Source: Epithemia pelagica
Taxonomy: Eukaryota > Protista > Bacillariophyta
Direction: 5' to 3'
DNA length: 64,000 nt
NCBI GenBank assembly: GCA_946965045.2
Contig: OX337233.1
Coordinates: forward strand, 2,976,001-3,040,000
Shown here one piece after another: positions 51,687-62,471 of this stretch. How positions within the stretch are numbered: position 1 is the first letter of the stretch; each line of letters begins with the position of its first letter. The notes under the pieces are model-generated. The model made no database searches. It saw only the letters and a list, made by a program, of their open reading frames with translations, and had not been told where the DNA came from. Both the position numbers and the translations under genes were made by a program.

Positions 51687-51876
51687 TATCGGATTCTGTA
51701 TCGATGCACATACAACTGTATCCAGTCGTGTATCGGGGTTGTATCTAGTTGTATCGGGGGGCTTAGGTACTGTATCGATACAACGGATTTGTAACCGTAT
51801 TTGTATCGGGGGACTCGAGTCCTCTGTATCGGGTCTTCCGAATTTGTTGCGATTTGTATCGGCCTGATGTATCGGG
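51687..51876 (+). repeat. Left subterminal array of about 11 (T)GTATC(GG) motifs
   Basis: Repeated tgtatcgg/tgtatcga at irregular spacing. Confidence 0.85.
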
Positions 51877-52101
51877 TTGACGGTCACCATGGAATAAACA
51901 GGCGACTTTTGAAATGAGAGCGATACAAGATGGAATAAACAGGCGACTTTTGAAATGAGAGCGATACAATGATAAAGCGATGGATCAAGCAATCGAAGAA
52001 TTGGTTCCTGCCAAACTCGCCAATGAAATTGCTTGCGACAACAGCAACACAACAATCAGACTCATTTTTCAAGACGAAAGCAAGAAGAAGAAGTCGCAAT
52101 C

Positions 52102-52548
52102 ATGGCCGAGAAGAAGAAACCGAAGGTTTACCCCGCCGACCGGAAGGGAGCCAAGATCCGGATTGTTGGTGGGACGTACCGTGGAAAGAGGGGCTTCCTC
52201 GACAAGAAGAAGGGCAGGACAGAGTTCTTTACCTACGTCATTATCGTCATCAAGCCGAACGAGGAGGAGATTGCAACACGGCTTCATCACGAATCGATCC
52301 GAGTCGGAGAGGAAGCACCACCGGCAAGCTATGAAGAGGCTGTTCTCCAGCAGCACTGTGACATTGAAGAGCTGCTACGCGACCTTACGAGGAGGCTGTC
52401 CCAGTGTGAGGGCATCTCCTCCGAAGGAGAAGCTGGCCATCGGATTGGGAACTTGTTCCTAAATTATTTGACGGTTGCTGTGCAACGTCAAAGTAACCTA
52501 CGTGTGGACAAGGCTCGTTGGCGTCGTGTGCGCTATGGTCACGGTTAA
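52102..52548 (+). CDS. Transposon ORF1, small KOW-motif protein
   Basis: KGAKIRIVGGTYRGKRGFL resembles KOW; intact 148-aa ORF inside the TIRs. Confidence 0.7.
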   Translation: MAEKKKPKVYPADRKGAKIRIVGGTYRGKRGFLDKKKGRTEFFTYVIIVIKPNEEEIATRLHHESIRVGEEAPPASYEEAVLQQHCDIEELLRDLTRRLSQCEGISSEGEAGHRIGNLFLNYLTVAVQRQSNLRVDKARWRRVRYGHG

Positions 52549-52690
52549 TGCAACATCATGGTCAATGCAAATTCTCAACTAATATAGGATAAAGGAAGAT
52601 TACTAACTACTCGTCAATGTAGAAACTCTCATCATGTAAAAACTCATCATGTAAAAACTCATCATGTAAACACTCGTAGGAATTGGTGGC

Positions 52691-54145
52691 TTACAAGTCA
52701 CCAAACATGTTCTTGGCAGCCTCCGCATTCTTCTTGCCTTTGGTGGCAATCTTGGTGCCACCCTTGCATGCAATGCGCCAAAAGATAGTCATACCAAGGA
52801 GATCACGGCCGAAATCATTCTCCGAGTCATTTGATTTCATTTTGATGGGGTTGTACTCCGTAGGGATGACAGTCTCATCCTTGGAGAAAATCTGGTTGTC
52901 GAGTTTGATGGACGGGTGAAAGGCAAACCTATAGTGGGCCCAGTAGCTGCCATCGTCAGAATCCTCAATAGCCACCATAGTAGCACTATGGGCCTTCTTT
53001 GTAGCGGCACACTTGATCTTGGACAACTTCTCGTCCTTGTGGTACCGCTCGGGATCGCGGATCCAGAAGTCCTGCGCCGGCCCCCTCATCGAGATTAAAC
53101 GACCACGCCAGCTTTCTCCGAAAACATCGTCGGGAATGCTCGCATCCCATAAATGATGGTCCTGGCAAGGGACTGAACGGCGTAAGTGGAAGCCGTTGCG
53201 AGTGAAAAGTTCGTCCTGGTCGATCCCTTCAACGTATTGAATGTCGAAATCTCTGTTACGTTCGGCACACAAATGGTTGACGGCGATTATCCAAGGGTGC
53301 TTGACCGTCCCATTTTGATTCACCAACCAACTTGTCGGAACAAATGGGTGCAACACGTCGTTAGGCAGTTGTGGGGGACGAGGAGGGATACGAGAAAGAA
53401 GTGGAGACACCCTCCCGAAGACATGTTGCGGTGGATCACCTCCATTGAGGTCAACACCAGGGACAGCATAAGCGGCGGCAACGTTGTGGCGTGCTGGGCT
53501 GGGACTTGCGAAGAAGTTGGAGGCGTTTACCTGTCCCATCTGCTGATCGTGGGCATCGTGGGCATCGTTGCCAAGAAACACCGCCGGTGATTCTCCTCCC
53601 TTCACAGGTGTGCGGTTGAGATTGCGGGGAGCTGGCTTCCTGTCGTCGTCTTGCTCAGCCATGCCAGCAGCATAATCTTGATCACCATACAAGCGCCCAT
53701 AAGCGTCCTTGTACATCTGCTCCTCTTCGGGGCTGACGTCGTCGGCAACATCAGTGGTGTAAGTGTCATTGTCGGAAATCTTGTTGCTCTTCATGGTTCC
53801 TGACTCTTTGTTTTCAAGTTCTTTGAGAGTCTTCTCGTTTGGATCAACTCCCAGTCGATGGAGGTAGTTGACGTAGGCTTGGATGGACCGGGACTTGCAC
53901 TTGCCCCAGCGAAGTTGTACTTGACGTCGCTTCAACGAGCCTTCAAATCCCCAGTCGGTGGGATTATTACTGCAAAACGAAAGGAGATCAAAGGAGTGTC
54001 TCGACTGGCCTTGTTTTTCGATGGCCTTGATTAATTTTCTTGTTTGGTCAAACGGCAATCCACCTGGAGCGGGGAACTTGGCTGGCCTCTTTGGCGGTGG
54101 TTTCTTCTCTTCGTCCAATTTATGATCATGTTGTTGCTCTGTCAT
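52691..54145 (-). CDS. Transposon ORF2, 484-aa protein of unknown function
   Basis: Intact ORF with a basic helical N-terminus, disordered middle and globular C-terminus (PWIIAV..RNGFHL..GRLISMRGP). Confidence 0.75.
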   Translation of the reverse strand: MTEQQHDHKLDEEKKPPPKRPAKFPAPGGLPFDQTRKLIKAIEKQGQSRHSFDLLSFCSNNPTDWGFEGSLKRRQVQLRWGKCKSRSIQAYVNYLHRLGVDPNEKTLKELENKESGTMKSNKISDNDTYTTDVADDVSPEEEQMYKDAYGRLYGDQDYAAGMAEQDDDRKPAPRNLNRTPVKGGESPAVFLGNDAHDAHDQQMGQVNASNFFASPSPARHNVAAAYAVPGVDLNGGDPPQHVFGRVSPLLSRIPPRPPQLPNDVLHPFVPTSWLVNQNGTVKHPWIIAVNHLCAERNRDFDIQYVEGIDQDELFTRNGFHLRRSVPCQDHHLWDASIPDDVFGESWRGRLISMRGPAQDFWIRDPERYHKDEKLSKIKCAATKKAHSATMVAIEDSDDGSYWAHYRFAFHPSIKLDNQIFSKDETVIPTEYNPIKMKSNDSENDFGRDLLGMTIFWRIACKGGTKIATKGKKNAEAAKNMFGDL

Positions 54146-54413
54146 GATAGAAAATCAATGATCCAACAATCAACGAGAGAAGTAGACAGGTTTGCGAAGC
54201 GCAAGCCATTCCCTCTTGATCCAACATGCTCCTCTTGTGTCGTTGGTTTGTCTACAGCTACTAATATCATAGGAATGTGTTTGATTGCTTGATCATAAGC
54301 AGTATTTTAGTTTACTTAGGGCAGATTGGTGTGTGTGGACCCACGGATCCTTCTACTCGTGTTCGGGATGAAGCACCTTTCCGCCAATTTGTGACACTAC
54401 TAGGGAATGAGCC

Positions 54414-55403
54414 ATGAAGGCTGTCTTCCTTCCCCCAAGTTGGTCGCATCGGAATCTTCCTACTGTTCAACATAAAGAGAAGATGGTGCCACTGGTCGAG
54501 CCAGACGAGGTTCTCACGCGAGGCTTAGCTTATCTCTCCTTGGACGTGGATGGCCGTCTGACGAGGGAGCAACGCATCAACAAGTTCCAACAACACTATG
54601 GATCGGTGCCTCTTACAATTGCAACCATGTGGTATGACTTGTGCCATACGACAATTGAAGAGGCAAAGCTAAGTACTAAGGATAAACAAAAAGGCTTTCG
54701 CATGTTCATGGTTGCGCATTTCTTTATCTACAGCTATCCTCGAAGCAGCGTACAGCTTGGTGACAGGTTCCGAATTTGTGCGTGCAACGTCCGAGGCAAG
54801 AATCTCTGGAAATGGATTCGGAAGATCGCAGCGCTTGAGGAGAAGGTAATTTTCTGGCCTCACGACCTGAACAATCCTGACTCGGAGATTTTCGCGCTAT
54901 CTGTGGATGGTGTTGATAAGAAAACGTGGGAACGAAAGCACAAGACTGAACTGCTTCCGTTTGATCGACGAAATTTCTCACAGAAGCATGCGCACGGTGG
55001 AGTGAAATATCAAATCACTCTATGTGCATATCGCCAGCAAGTCGTGGATATCTTTGGACCAGTGCGCGGAGGCATGGGTGACAAGGAGATGCTCGAGAGG
55101 TCTGGTGTGCTGGAGCACCTCGCGGATGGAAAAAAGGTTGTGGCTGATCGCGGTTACATCAAGAATGCTTTCCGCGACAAGGTTGCTTGGCCCAACCCAC
55201 AACACGATTCAAGGATGGCGAACAATATTAAGAGTCGCATCCGCCTGCGACACGAATCGTTCAACGGAAAAATGTCTACCTTTGCCTCCATGCACCAAAC
55301 TTGGAGGCACAGCGACACGAATCATGGACTTGCCTTTCGAGCTGTCGCTGTTACGTTGCAATATGCCATGAACAATGGCAGCTCTCATCTCTTTCAACCC
55401 TAA
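54414..55403 (+). CDS. Harbinger-type DDE transposase (DDE_Tnp_4-like)
   Basis: LSVDGVD, FSQKH..GVKYQI, GPVRGGMGD, VADRGY, R.RHESFNG, WRH..H..AF.AV match the PIF/Harbinger nuclease layout. Confidence 0.9.
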   Translation: MKAVFLPPSWSHRNLPTVQHKEKMVPLVEPDEVLTRGLAYLSLDVDGRLTREQRINKFQQHYGSVPLTIATMWYDLCHTTIEEAKLSTKDKQKGFRMFMVAHFFIYSYPRSSVQLGDRFRICACNVRGKNLWKWIRKIAALEEKVIFWPHDLNNPDSEIFALSVDGVDKKTWERKHKTELLPFDRRNFSQKHAHGGVKYQITLCAYRQQVVDIFGPVRGGMGDKEMLERSGVLEHLADGKKVVADRGYIKNAFRDKVAWPNPQHDSRMANNIKSRIRLRHESFNGKMSTFASMHQTWRHSDTNHGLAFRAVAVTLQYAMNNGSSHLFQP

Positions 55404-55448
55404 TGAATGTCTAAAGTAGAGAAAAGTTTGTTTGTGTTTTCTATTTGT

Positions 55449-56093
55449 TTACGTATAGTCTTGTATATGATTTGCCAAATCATGTCGTCGTCGCAGCTCA
55501 TCACAGGGGACAACAGGTCCTCGTCCTTGCTCCTCCTCGCGTTTCAGTGCCAGATAGTTGAAAAAACGTTGGCGGCGTGCTTCCTGGTAAATGCGGTGCT
55601 TGAAGATTGCTGGCTTAAAGTCTCTGTAGGCAGGACGTGTCCTTTGAAGCTCGGATGGCTTCAAGCGTAGGTGCACACCATTCTTCACATCCTGCCGAAG
55701 AAGCAGCTTTGCAGGGTGAAGGTCAAAGACAAGTTCACCTTTGTTGTTGTGTTGTTGTCTTGGATATAACCTTCTGTCATGAATAAGGGCCCTTTCGTCA
55801 CTTCTTGCCCTTTCATTCGCGTAGTCTGCTTGGCGTCGATGATCCTGCAGCCGTGCCTTGAATTGTTGGAAGGGGACACCTTTGAACTCCGGGAGCCGCT
55901 TGTAAAACTTGAAAAGGTGGTCTGCCGGCACCATGTTCATGTTGTAGAGCAGACCACCTGGCTCCAAATCCTCGATGAGGATCGCCCGCCCCTCGCATTT
56001 CCTCCAATCAACAAACTTCTCCTTCTCCTTCTCCTTCTTCGATACAGAGACCTGCTTGCTCATCCTCTTTCTTTGTCCACTACCTGGCGACAA
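55449..56093 (-). CDS. Transposon ORF4, basic protein with two internal helical repeats (candidate DNA-binding partner)
   Basis: WRKCEGRAILIEDL..EFKGVPFQQFKARLQDHRRQ parallels FDLHPAKLLLRQDV..AYRDFKPAIFKHRIYQEARRQ. Confidence 0.7.
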   Translation of the reverse strand: MSPGSGQRKRMSKQVSVSKKEKEKEKFVDWRKCEGRAILIEDLEPGGLLYNMNMVPADHLFKFYKRLPEFKGVPFQQFKARLQDHRRQADYANERARSDERALIHDRRLYPRQQHNNKGELVFDLHPAKLLLRQDVKNGVHLRLKPSELQRTRPAYRDFKPAIFKHRIYQEARRQRFFNYLALKREEEQGRGPVVPCDELRRRHDLANHIQDYT

Positions 56094-56211
56094 AAAAGGT
56101 TGGTTGTTGTGTCGTGTTCCATTTCGTCGATCGTTGTCGATAACTTCGACGTGTTTTGCGATCTCGTTTTGTGAAGCTCATTTTTGTTGTGAAGACTCAT
56201 TCTTGTTGTTG

Positions 56212-56390
56212 TATCGGGTGTGTGTATCGGGGTTTCGTCGATTTGTATCGGTTGTATCGACCCCCGTGTATCGTTTGTATCGGGGTTGTATCGGTTGTAT
56301 CGGGTTGTATCGGGTTGTATCGGAATTTGTATCGGTTGTATCGGATGTTGTTTCGACCAGTTGTATGGTTTGTATCGGGTTGTATCGACC
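56212..56390 (+). repeat. Right subterminal array of about 14 (T)GTATC(GG) motifs
   Basis: ttgtatcgg(g) repeated near-tandemly, on the same strand as the left array. Confidence 0.9.
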
Positions 56391-56667
56391 CTCGCCAAAT
56401 GTTCCGATTCGTGTATTTTCCTCTCTATGTATTCTAATATACAGAAATATCAATGTCGATAAGTATTTTGTTCTATTATAGTGTACCAAAAAGAAAATAA
56501 GCTTGTCCGTCCTTCGCCCTTTTTGGTATATTCTGTTCAAGGTCCATAAGCACTATGGTTACAAAAATAGCGGGTGTCCCTGGGAGTCGAGGGTCGAGGA
56601 GCAACAAGCTTTTGGTTCTCTTCCGTACCATCTCGTGTTGACCATTTCTCACTGTTCTGGAATAGCA

Positions 56668-57179
56668 ATGTTTCACCGTGCAATCCGTCATCCTCTGACA
56701 CTGTCAAATCCGATATTGACACCTTGTTTGAAAAATTTGCCGAGCGCTACGGGATCGACGGTCTCTTCCGCGTGGCCGTGGGTTGCTCCGCGGTAATCTC
56801 CGTCTCCATATTCTTGGGGACATATACTGTCAACCACAAGATCGATGGGTTGAAGAACGACACTACTTTCAAGATTGCAGAGACCAACCTTAAGATCGAT
56901 GAATTGCGTAATGAATTGCGTAATGAAAGTAATCAATTGCGTAATGAAATGAATCAATTGAGTAATGAAATGCGTAATGAAATGAATCAATTGAGTAATG
57001 AAATGAAGGCTGGCTTCGTCAGCATTCAGTCGGTCCTTTTGCAGGAGAGAGACTGGCACATGAAGCAACTCGAAAAACAAAACAAGACAATACTCGATGT
57101 TCAAAAGACCAACGCCGAACATACTCAACAAATTAATGCACTTCTCGCTTCATCGGCTGACAAAGACAAGTCAGGATAA
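56668..57179 (+). pseudogene. Paralog of the 38500-39036 TM/coiled-coil gene with a 5' frameshift
   Basis: ATG at 56668 (MFHRAIR, matching MFHRAMR) is out of frame with the body (RYGIDGLF..GTYTVNHKID..NEMKAGFVSIQSVLLQER); 33-bp repeats. Confidence 0.65.
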
Positions 57180-58036
57180 TTGCAAGGGCCCGACTGGCCA
57201 AATGGCATACCCAGCGACAAATTCAACACACGAAACACTTGAGGGGCATGCAGAGTTTAAAGGGCGATCCTGTATGCACCGGTAAATTCACACTCTAGTA
57301 ACTCAAATTATAGTCCCCTGGTTTGATTCACGTCCTCTTTCTTCTGGTGTAATGTTCAGTTTGAAGAATCCAGAACCGAAAAAAACCGAGTCTGCACAAC
57401 TCGCCCGGGTCGTAGAAATGTCCGTTCCCTCTGATCCCGTGCGCTCTTCCATTGCGTCGTTGGCGGTGACGGATGAAACAAATGACAGATTTCAATGTCG
57501 AACTCATCCAACGTACAAATACGAGTAACTCAAAGCGGAGGGGTCGTCTTCTTCAATAGAGCGAGCATGCATACTCCCACGGACTGGTTCAACTGAGGAG
57601 ATGACCATTGAGAAGTACCCAGCTTGAATGTTCTTACAAAGCCCTCGATTTGTGTTTGTGTCACAAGACGCAACTACTTCGGTCTGAGTATTAACCTCTT
57701 CCGACATGAAGGAGCCTGCCTATTCCTCAACCTATTCGGCTGGGTAGAACTGGTCAGGCCATGCTCTCGTAGAAAACAGATGCACTGCCGTCTTTGCATA
57801 TAATCGCTCACCAAACTCCTGCGCACCAGCGGTTGTGCAATTTTACATGGTTGGTTGTTGACTGGGTACCAAAACCTTGACATGATTCAGCCACGCGTTG
57901 ATAGTTATAGTTCTGGTACATGGCACAATACCCATGTAGTGAAGACAAGATTCATTCACCTTTGGATTGAACGGTTTCATAAACTGAACCCTGTTAAAGT
58001 GACATCTAGTGTTTCCTTTTCTCTGCACTATTTTTT

Positions 58037-60068
58037 CTAGGGGAATGTCTTTTGGGTTCGTTTCAAGTCACTCAAGGGAATATTGTGCAGGACTGTACCG
58101 TCTTTCCGAGAAATTGCAGTAAAGGTCCAGTTCCCCAAACGTGTTAGTGCAGCTGCAGTGCTACCGACAAAATGACGTCCGTGGTTCCATGCACCGTCGT
58201 GGAATACAACTGGAAGCGGTAGCTCGTAGTCGGCCGCTGTGATACGACATGGTTCCCAGTATTCCGTCTCATCTTGTTCCTCGTCTCTCGTCTCCTTCGG
58301 CCGGGCGAGCAGGACCGTCTTTCCAATCAAGGACCTGGGGTTGAGTCGATGCAACAAGGCCTGATCCACTTCCACTTCTTCAAGTCCCGTCGTAATGTAA
58401 AACATGGCATCGGCAAAGACTTCGACCACCATACCAAAGTGCCAGTCGTTGTGTCCATCGTCGTCCCCCCTTTGAAATTGGACAACCGACCCGGTATGCA
58501 ACCAGGCGCTTGGTGCCGGCTCTCTAACAAGAGGCCTCTCGTCATGGTTGTCTGGACGGCACAGAGTGATGGAGCGTTGTTTCCAGACACTGGTGGGATT
58601 GATCTTGTTCACAAGAACCGGTCGTTGTATCTTCAACAACGAAACTCTGGTAAACCAGAACGGTGGAAGAGTCGTTTCAGCCACTTTGTCGATTATCGTA
58701 GACCCATTGCTGGAAATCTCTTGATACAAGGCAACGGGACGTGTCAGGGTCCTCGAAAGCAACGTCCTGGTCGAGGAGGAGACAAAGGACCCCCGTCTCC
58801 GTCTTGCCTTGGTTACGGTGGTACGCGCTGCTTGATGCAAGGTTTGTTGCAATTGTAAGAGTGATGGTACGGCATGGCCATGCGCCAGGGCTGTGTTTTG
58901 ATAGACGCCATACCGCCATTCCGTGACAAGGGGTTCCACGGTTTCTCGAATCAATCGATTCAACACTGGAACCAAGACTTGACTCAAGACTCGTTCTTCG
59001 ATCATAGTCATAGCGTCACGACGCGATTGGAGAAACCACATACCAGCTGTTCCCTGTGTCAAAAAGCGTGCCGAATGGTCCTTTTGCAACGTTCGATACA
59101 ACCACTCAACCATTGCATCCTTGGCAACCCAGGCAATCCCACCACCACCACTCCCCGGATGGTTCGTGCGGGTCAGTGACAGTGGGTTGGTGTTGTGGAA
59201 CGACTGGAGCAATTTCAAGAGTTGGGCATTGCCGGGATGTAACTTGTAAACGACATCCTTGGCCATGCCCAAATACAAGGATCCTCCCAATCGATGTTCC
59301 ACCAAGACATCGGTTCGGGTCGGCAGGGTCGTCCAACCCTCTCGTCTAATATCGGGAAACAAGTGTTCGTGTTCAAAGGGACTCGCATACAATCGACCTG
59401 CGGCAATCTCCCGCGCCCATGGCGTGGAATCGACATGACGGCGGCCCCCCGCCCAACCCATATACACCAGAATCACCATACTGGCCAGTCGCCGGAGCCC
59501 CTGTTCCACGGTTGGGCGGTGGCATGTTCCCTCCTCGGTTGTTGGTCGAAACGACGGACATTATGGACCAAACGCGGCAGCAGCAGCAGCAGCAGCAAAT
59601 CGACAACCATCACCAGAACGGCAAGGTGAAGGACAAACATGCGTACCTTGAACAGGGTTTTGCGATAATAGACAATCCAGACATTGCTCGAGTCCTTCCA
59701 TCCTTCCGGATCTTGCAAAACCTGTGTGAGATTGGGATGCAACCAGTGTGGAAGCACCCGGGGTAAAACCCTTTGTTCTTGGACCGCTTGTTGCAAGGTT
59801 TCAGCCGTGTAATAGGTTGGGGCTTCCAAATCTCCCGCCTGGTCCATCACCTTCATGGTCCAAAAATCATATCCCCAGACACCATCGGATCGAAGATTCC
59901 ACAGCCCGTAGGAACGCAACCAATTCCAGGGAAATTGCATCATTGTGTCCGCCTGTTGCAGATCCTTTCACGTATGTCCCTGTCGTATAGTTGGACAACC
60001 ACACAAGAGTCACCACACCCCCAAGGCAGCAACAACCAAAACCAAACAACAACCACACACACGCACAC

Positions 60069-60104
<36 letters not shown>

Positions 60105-61711
60105 TTCTTCCCAAGCATTCACAGACAGCCGTGTTCTCCCCGACTACTCGTAGAATAGAGTATCCGTCGAATCCTCGCCTCATTCACACTACTACATACG
60201 TACCCACAAATCGTTTCGGAGGGACATGGTGGGACCTTGTGGCAATTGTCGGGACAAATCGTATTGTGGTGGTTGTGGTTGTGTGCCCGCCAACAATGGC
60301 GGCCGAGGACCAATCGTGGCAACGAGCATGGTACGATTGTGCGTGGCTGTGGCGTCGGTAAAGGCTGATCCACGATGATAGGCCTTCATATCCATCAACA
60401 AGGCATCACCGGCCTTCCACACGGACGACGACAAAGCGGTGGAGGAGGAGGAACCATTGTTGTTGTTACTGCTGTTGGTGGTTGCGACGGCAAAGCCATG
60501 GTCGTGACAAAGAGTGTGGTCGTCGTCGTGGGGAAGAAAGCACGTGTGCAGTCTGGGACAGGCCTGGGTGGCCCCCATGGCCAGTGTCGTATCTTGGAGG
60601 GGAATAAAAATGCTCCACAGGGGACGGTACGACCGTCCATGAGGAATGTGAGAGGCATGGTACATTTCATCGGCATGATAGTCTTGAGGCGTGGCACCAT
60701 ACCGACTGGTAATCACGGCCCATTCCACCAAGGCGGGATCCGGTCCCACGACACGTTGAACCAAGGGACTGTGTGTGTGTGTGTGTCGTGTGTGTAGGTA
60801 GTGCATGTATGTGTATACGCCACACAGTGACATGTATCGCGGTGTCGTGTTCCAGAAGAACCACAAAACGATCAAGAGTCGGTGGTATGGTGGGTGAGGG
60901 ACAAGAACCATGAGAATGACTCGTGCGACGACAACGACAACGACTGCTACAATCAACTACAATACCATACGTACTCGAGTTGGGCATGTTGAGAAAGTTG
61001 TTTCATGGTGTGTGCCACAAGGGGAACCGTCGGATCCAAGGCAAAACTGGATCGATGGTCACTGCCTTGCATGACAAAAATGTGCGAGGAGGGACCAATT
61101 CGCTCATGTTCGGTTTGGACGTGGTCGTACAAGTCTTGGACCATCGTGTCGGACAAGACACCCGGAATTACCGAAAAGCCATGATGAAGATGATGCTCAT
61201 AATACTTTGTGTGGTCTTGTCGTGGTTTTTGGTGTCGTGCTGGTTGCCTGCTCCTCGTCTCGAATGGTAACAGCAAGTCGAATGGATTGCGTGTCGTGAC
61301 ATCGTCGACCGTACATTCTCGGTAATAATTGGTCCATTCCCTCAATTGTCGAGTCGGTGTCATGGCCAGCGTGGCCAAGTGCGGTTCCCAGTACTGATCC
61401 GTCAGGTACCACATCCAATGCGTCACCGCCACGGCCGCCAGCAAGAAAAAGAGAAGGACATTCCAGACAAGCACAAAAAAGAAGAAGGAGAAGAGCCACA
61501 CTAGGGATCTTTTTCTAGAACGGAACGGCCTGGTCGGTTGGGTTGGGGTTCGGGATGGTTGGAGTCCATCATCATCATCATCATCATCTTCATCATTCCT
61601 GGTGGAGGTGGACGAACCATCCGTTGGAGACACTGCAGCCAAGGACGACCATGACTCGTCGTTGTCCTTCTGGATCTGGATACAGGTGGGGTTGAGAGGT
61701 GAAAGAAACAT
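58037..61711 (-). pseudogene. PhyH-type 2OG-Fe(II) dioxygenase / TM / C-terminal Tudor-like multidomain gene with a nonsense codon and a frameshift; 5' end uncertain
   Basis: HGFSVIPGVL, PQDYHAD (HxD), GATQACP, YHRGSA; introns 60769-60974 and 59980-60203; in-frame TGA 59968-59970; frame change near 59510-59565. Confidence 0.7.
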
Positions 61712-62471
61712 CGGAAACAAACATTCGAGGAACACAGTTCCAGCTTGTCTTTTCTATATTCTCTCTTTGACAGATGTTACTCAACATTTGGAGCAAAAAA
61801 CATATGGAGCATATTTATTTCCAAAAACCCAGCGGTTTTCCTAGCGCTTCAAAAATCCAGCGGGAGCATAAGACCTAGCGTTATCACCAAGTACTGTTAA
61901 TACACAGTCCCCATTTCCCCCAAAATCTCATAACAGCGACCATTCAGTCCCGTGAAACCATGCTTGTATTTGCCGGAATTTTGTTTCTAAATGTGGAAAC
62001 ATTGCACGACAAATAGAAACAAAAAATCGACATTTGGTTTTTTGTCTCCATTTGTCCCCAACAAATGCATGCATTGCTCCTATTATTTGTCGAAAGTGGG
62101 ACAAATAGATGCAGCAAGGCTGACGTCATATATATTATTGCCCCATATTTCTTTTAAGCCTCTTCGTTTAGATGACACGAATGACATTACAACACCACAG
62201 ACATGCGACCCATGGTGCGATTCACTAGGATGTGACTCATACTTTTGCTTCCACTTGTAGGCTTCCTGTTCAAAATCATGGCTGAACGCTGGGAACAAAA
62301 TTATTAAATATGAGGCTTTTTTGAATCCGTGACTTAACTCGACAAATCAAATGGATGCACAAACATGCAATCATTTGTTCTGACAAATGAATGCATGGCA
62401 CTCAAATGCCTTTTGCACTCAAATGACGTGTAACAGATGTTACAACAGATCTTCGATGTGATGATATGGTA

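Larger units (their letters stand above)
51514..56579. mobile_element. 5,066-bp four-gene PIF/Harbinger-superfamily (PHIS) DNA transposon
   Basis: TIR GGACACCCGCTAT(A/T)TTTGTAACCAT at 51514-51538 and 56555-56579 (1 mismatch in 25), CTG direct repeat at 51511-51513 and 56580-56582, internal DDE_Tnp_4-like transposase. Confidence 0.9.

Noticed and set aside
56212-56390. TGTATCGG array or 33/41/120-bp repeats as a CRISPR array
   Set aside because: No constant-length unique spacers, no cas genes, eukaryotic context.
51480-56700. Idea that the transposon interrupted the coiled-coil ORF 56574-57179
   Set aside because: The reconstructed empty site has TGA four codons upstream of the CTG, and the homologous ATG (56668) lies downstream of the insertion.
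60070-60100. (GA)n, (GT)n, (GAC)n and (CAA)n microsatellites
   Set aside because: Ordinary intronic or low-complexity coding microsatellites, common in diatoms.
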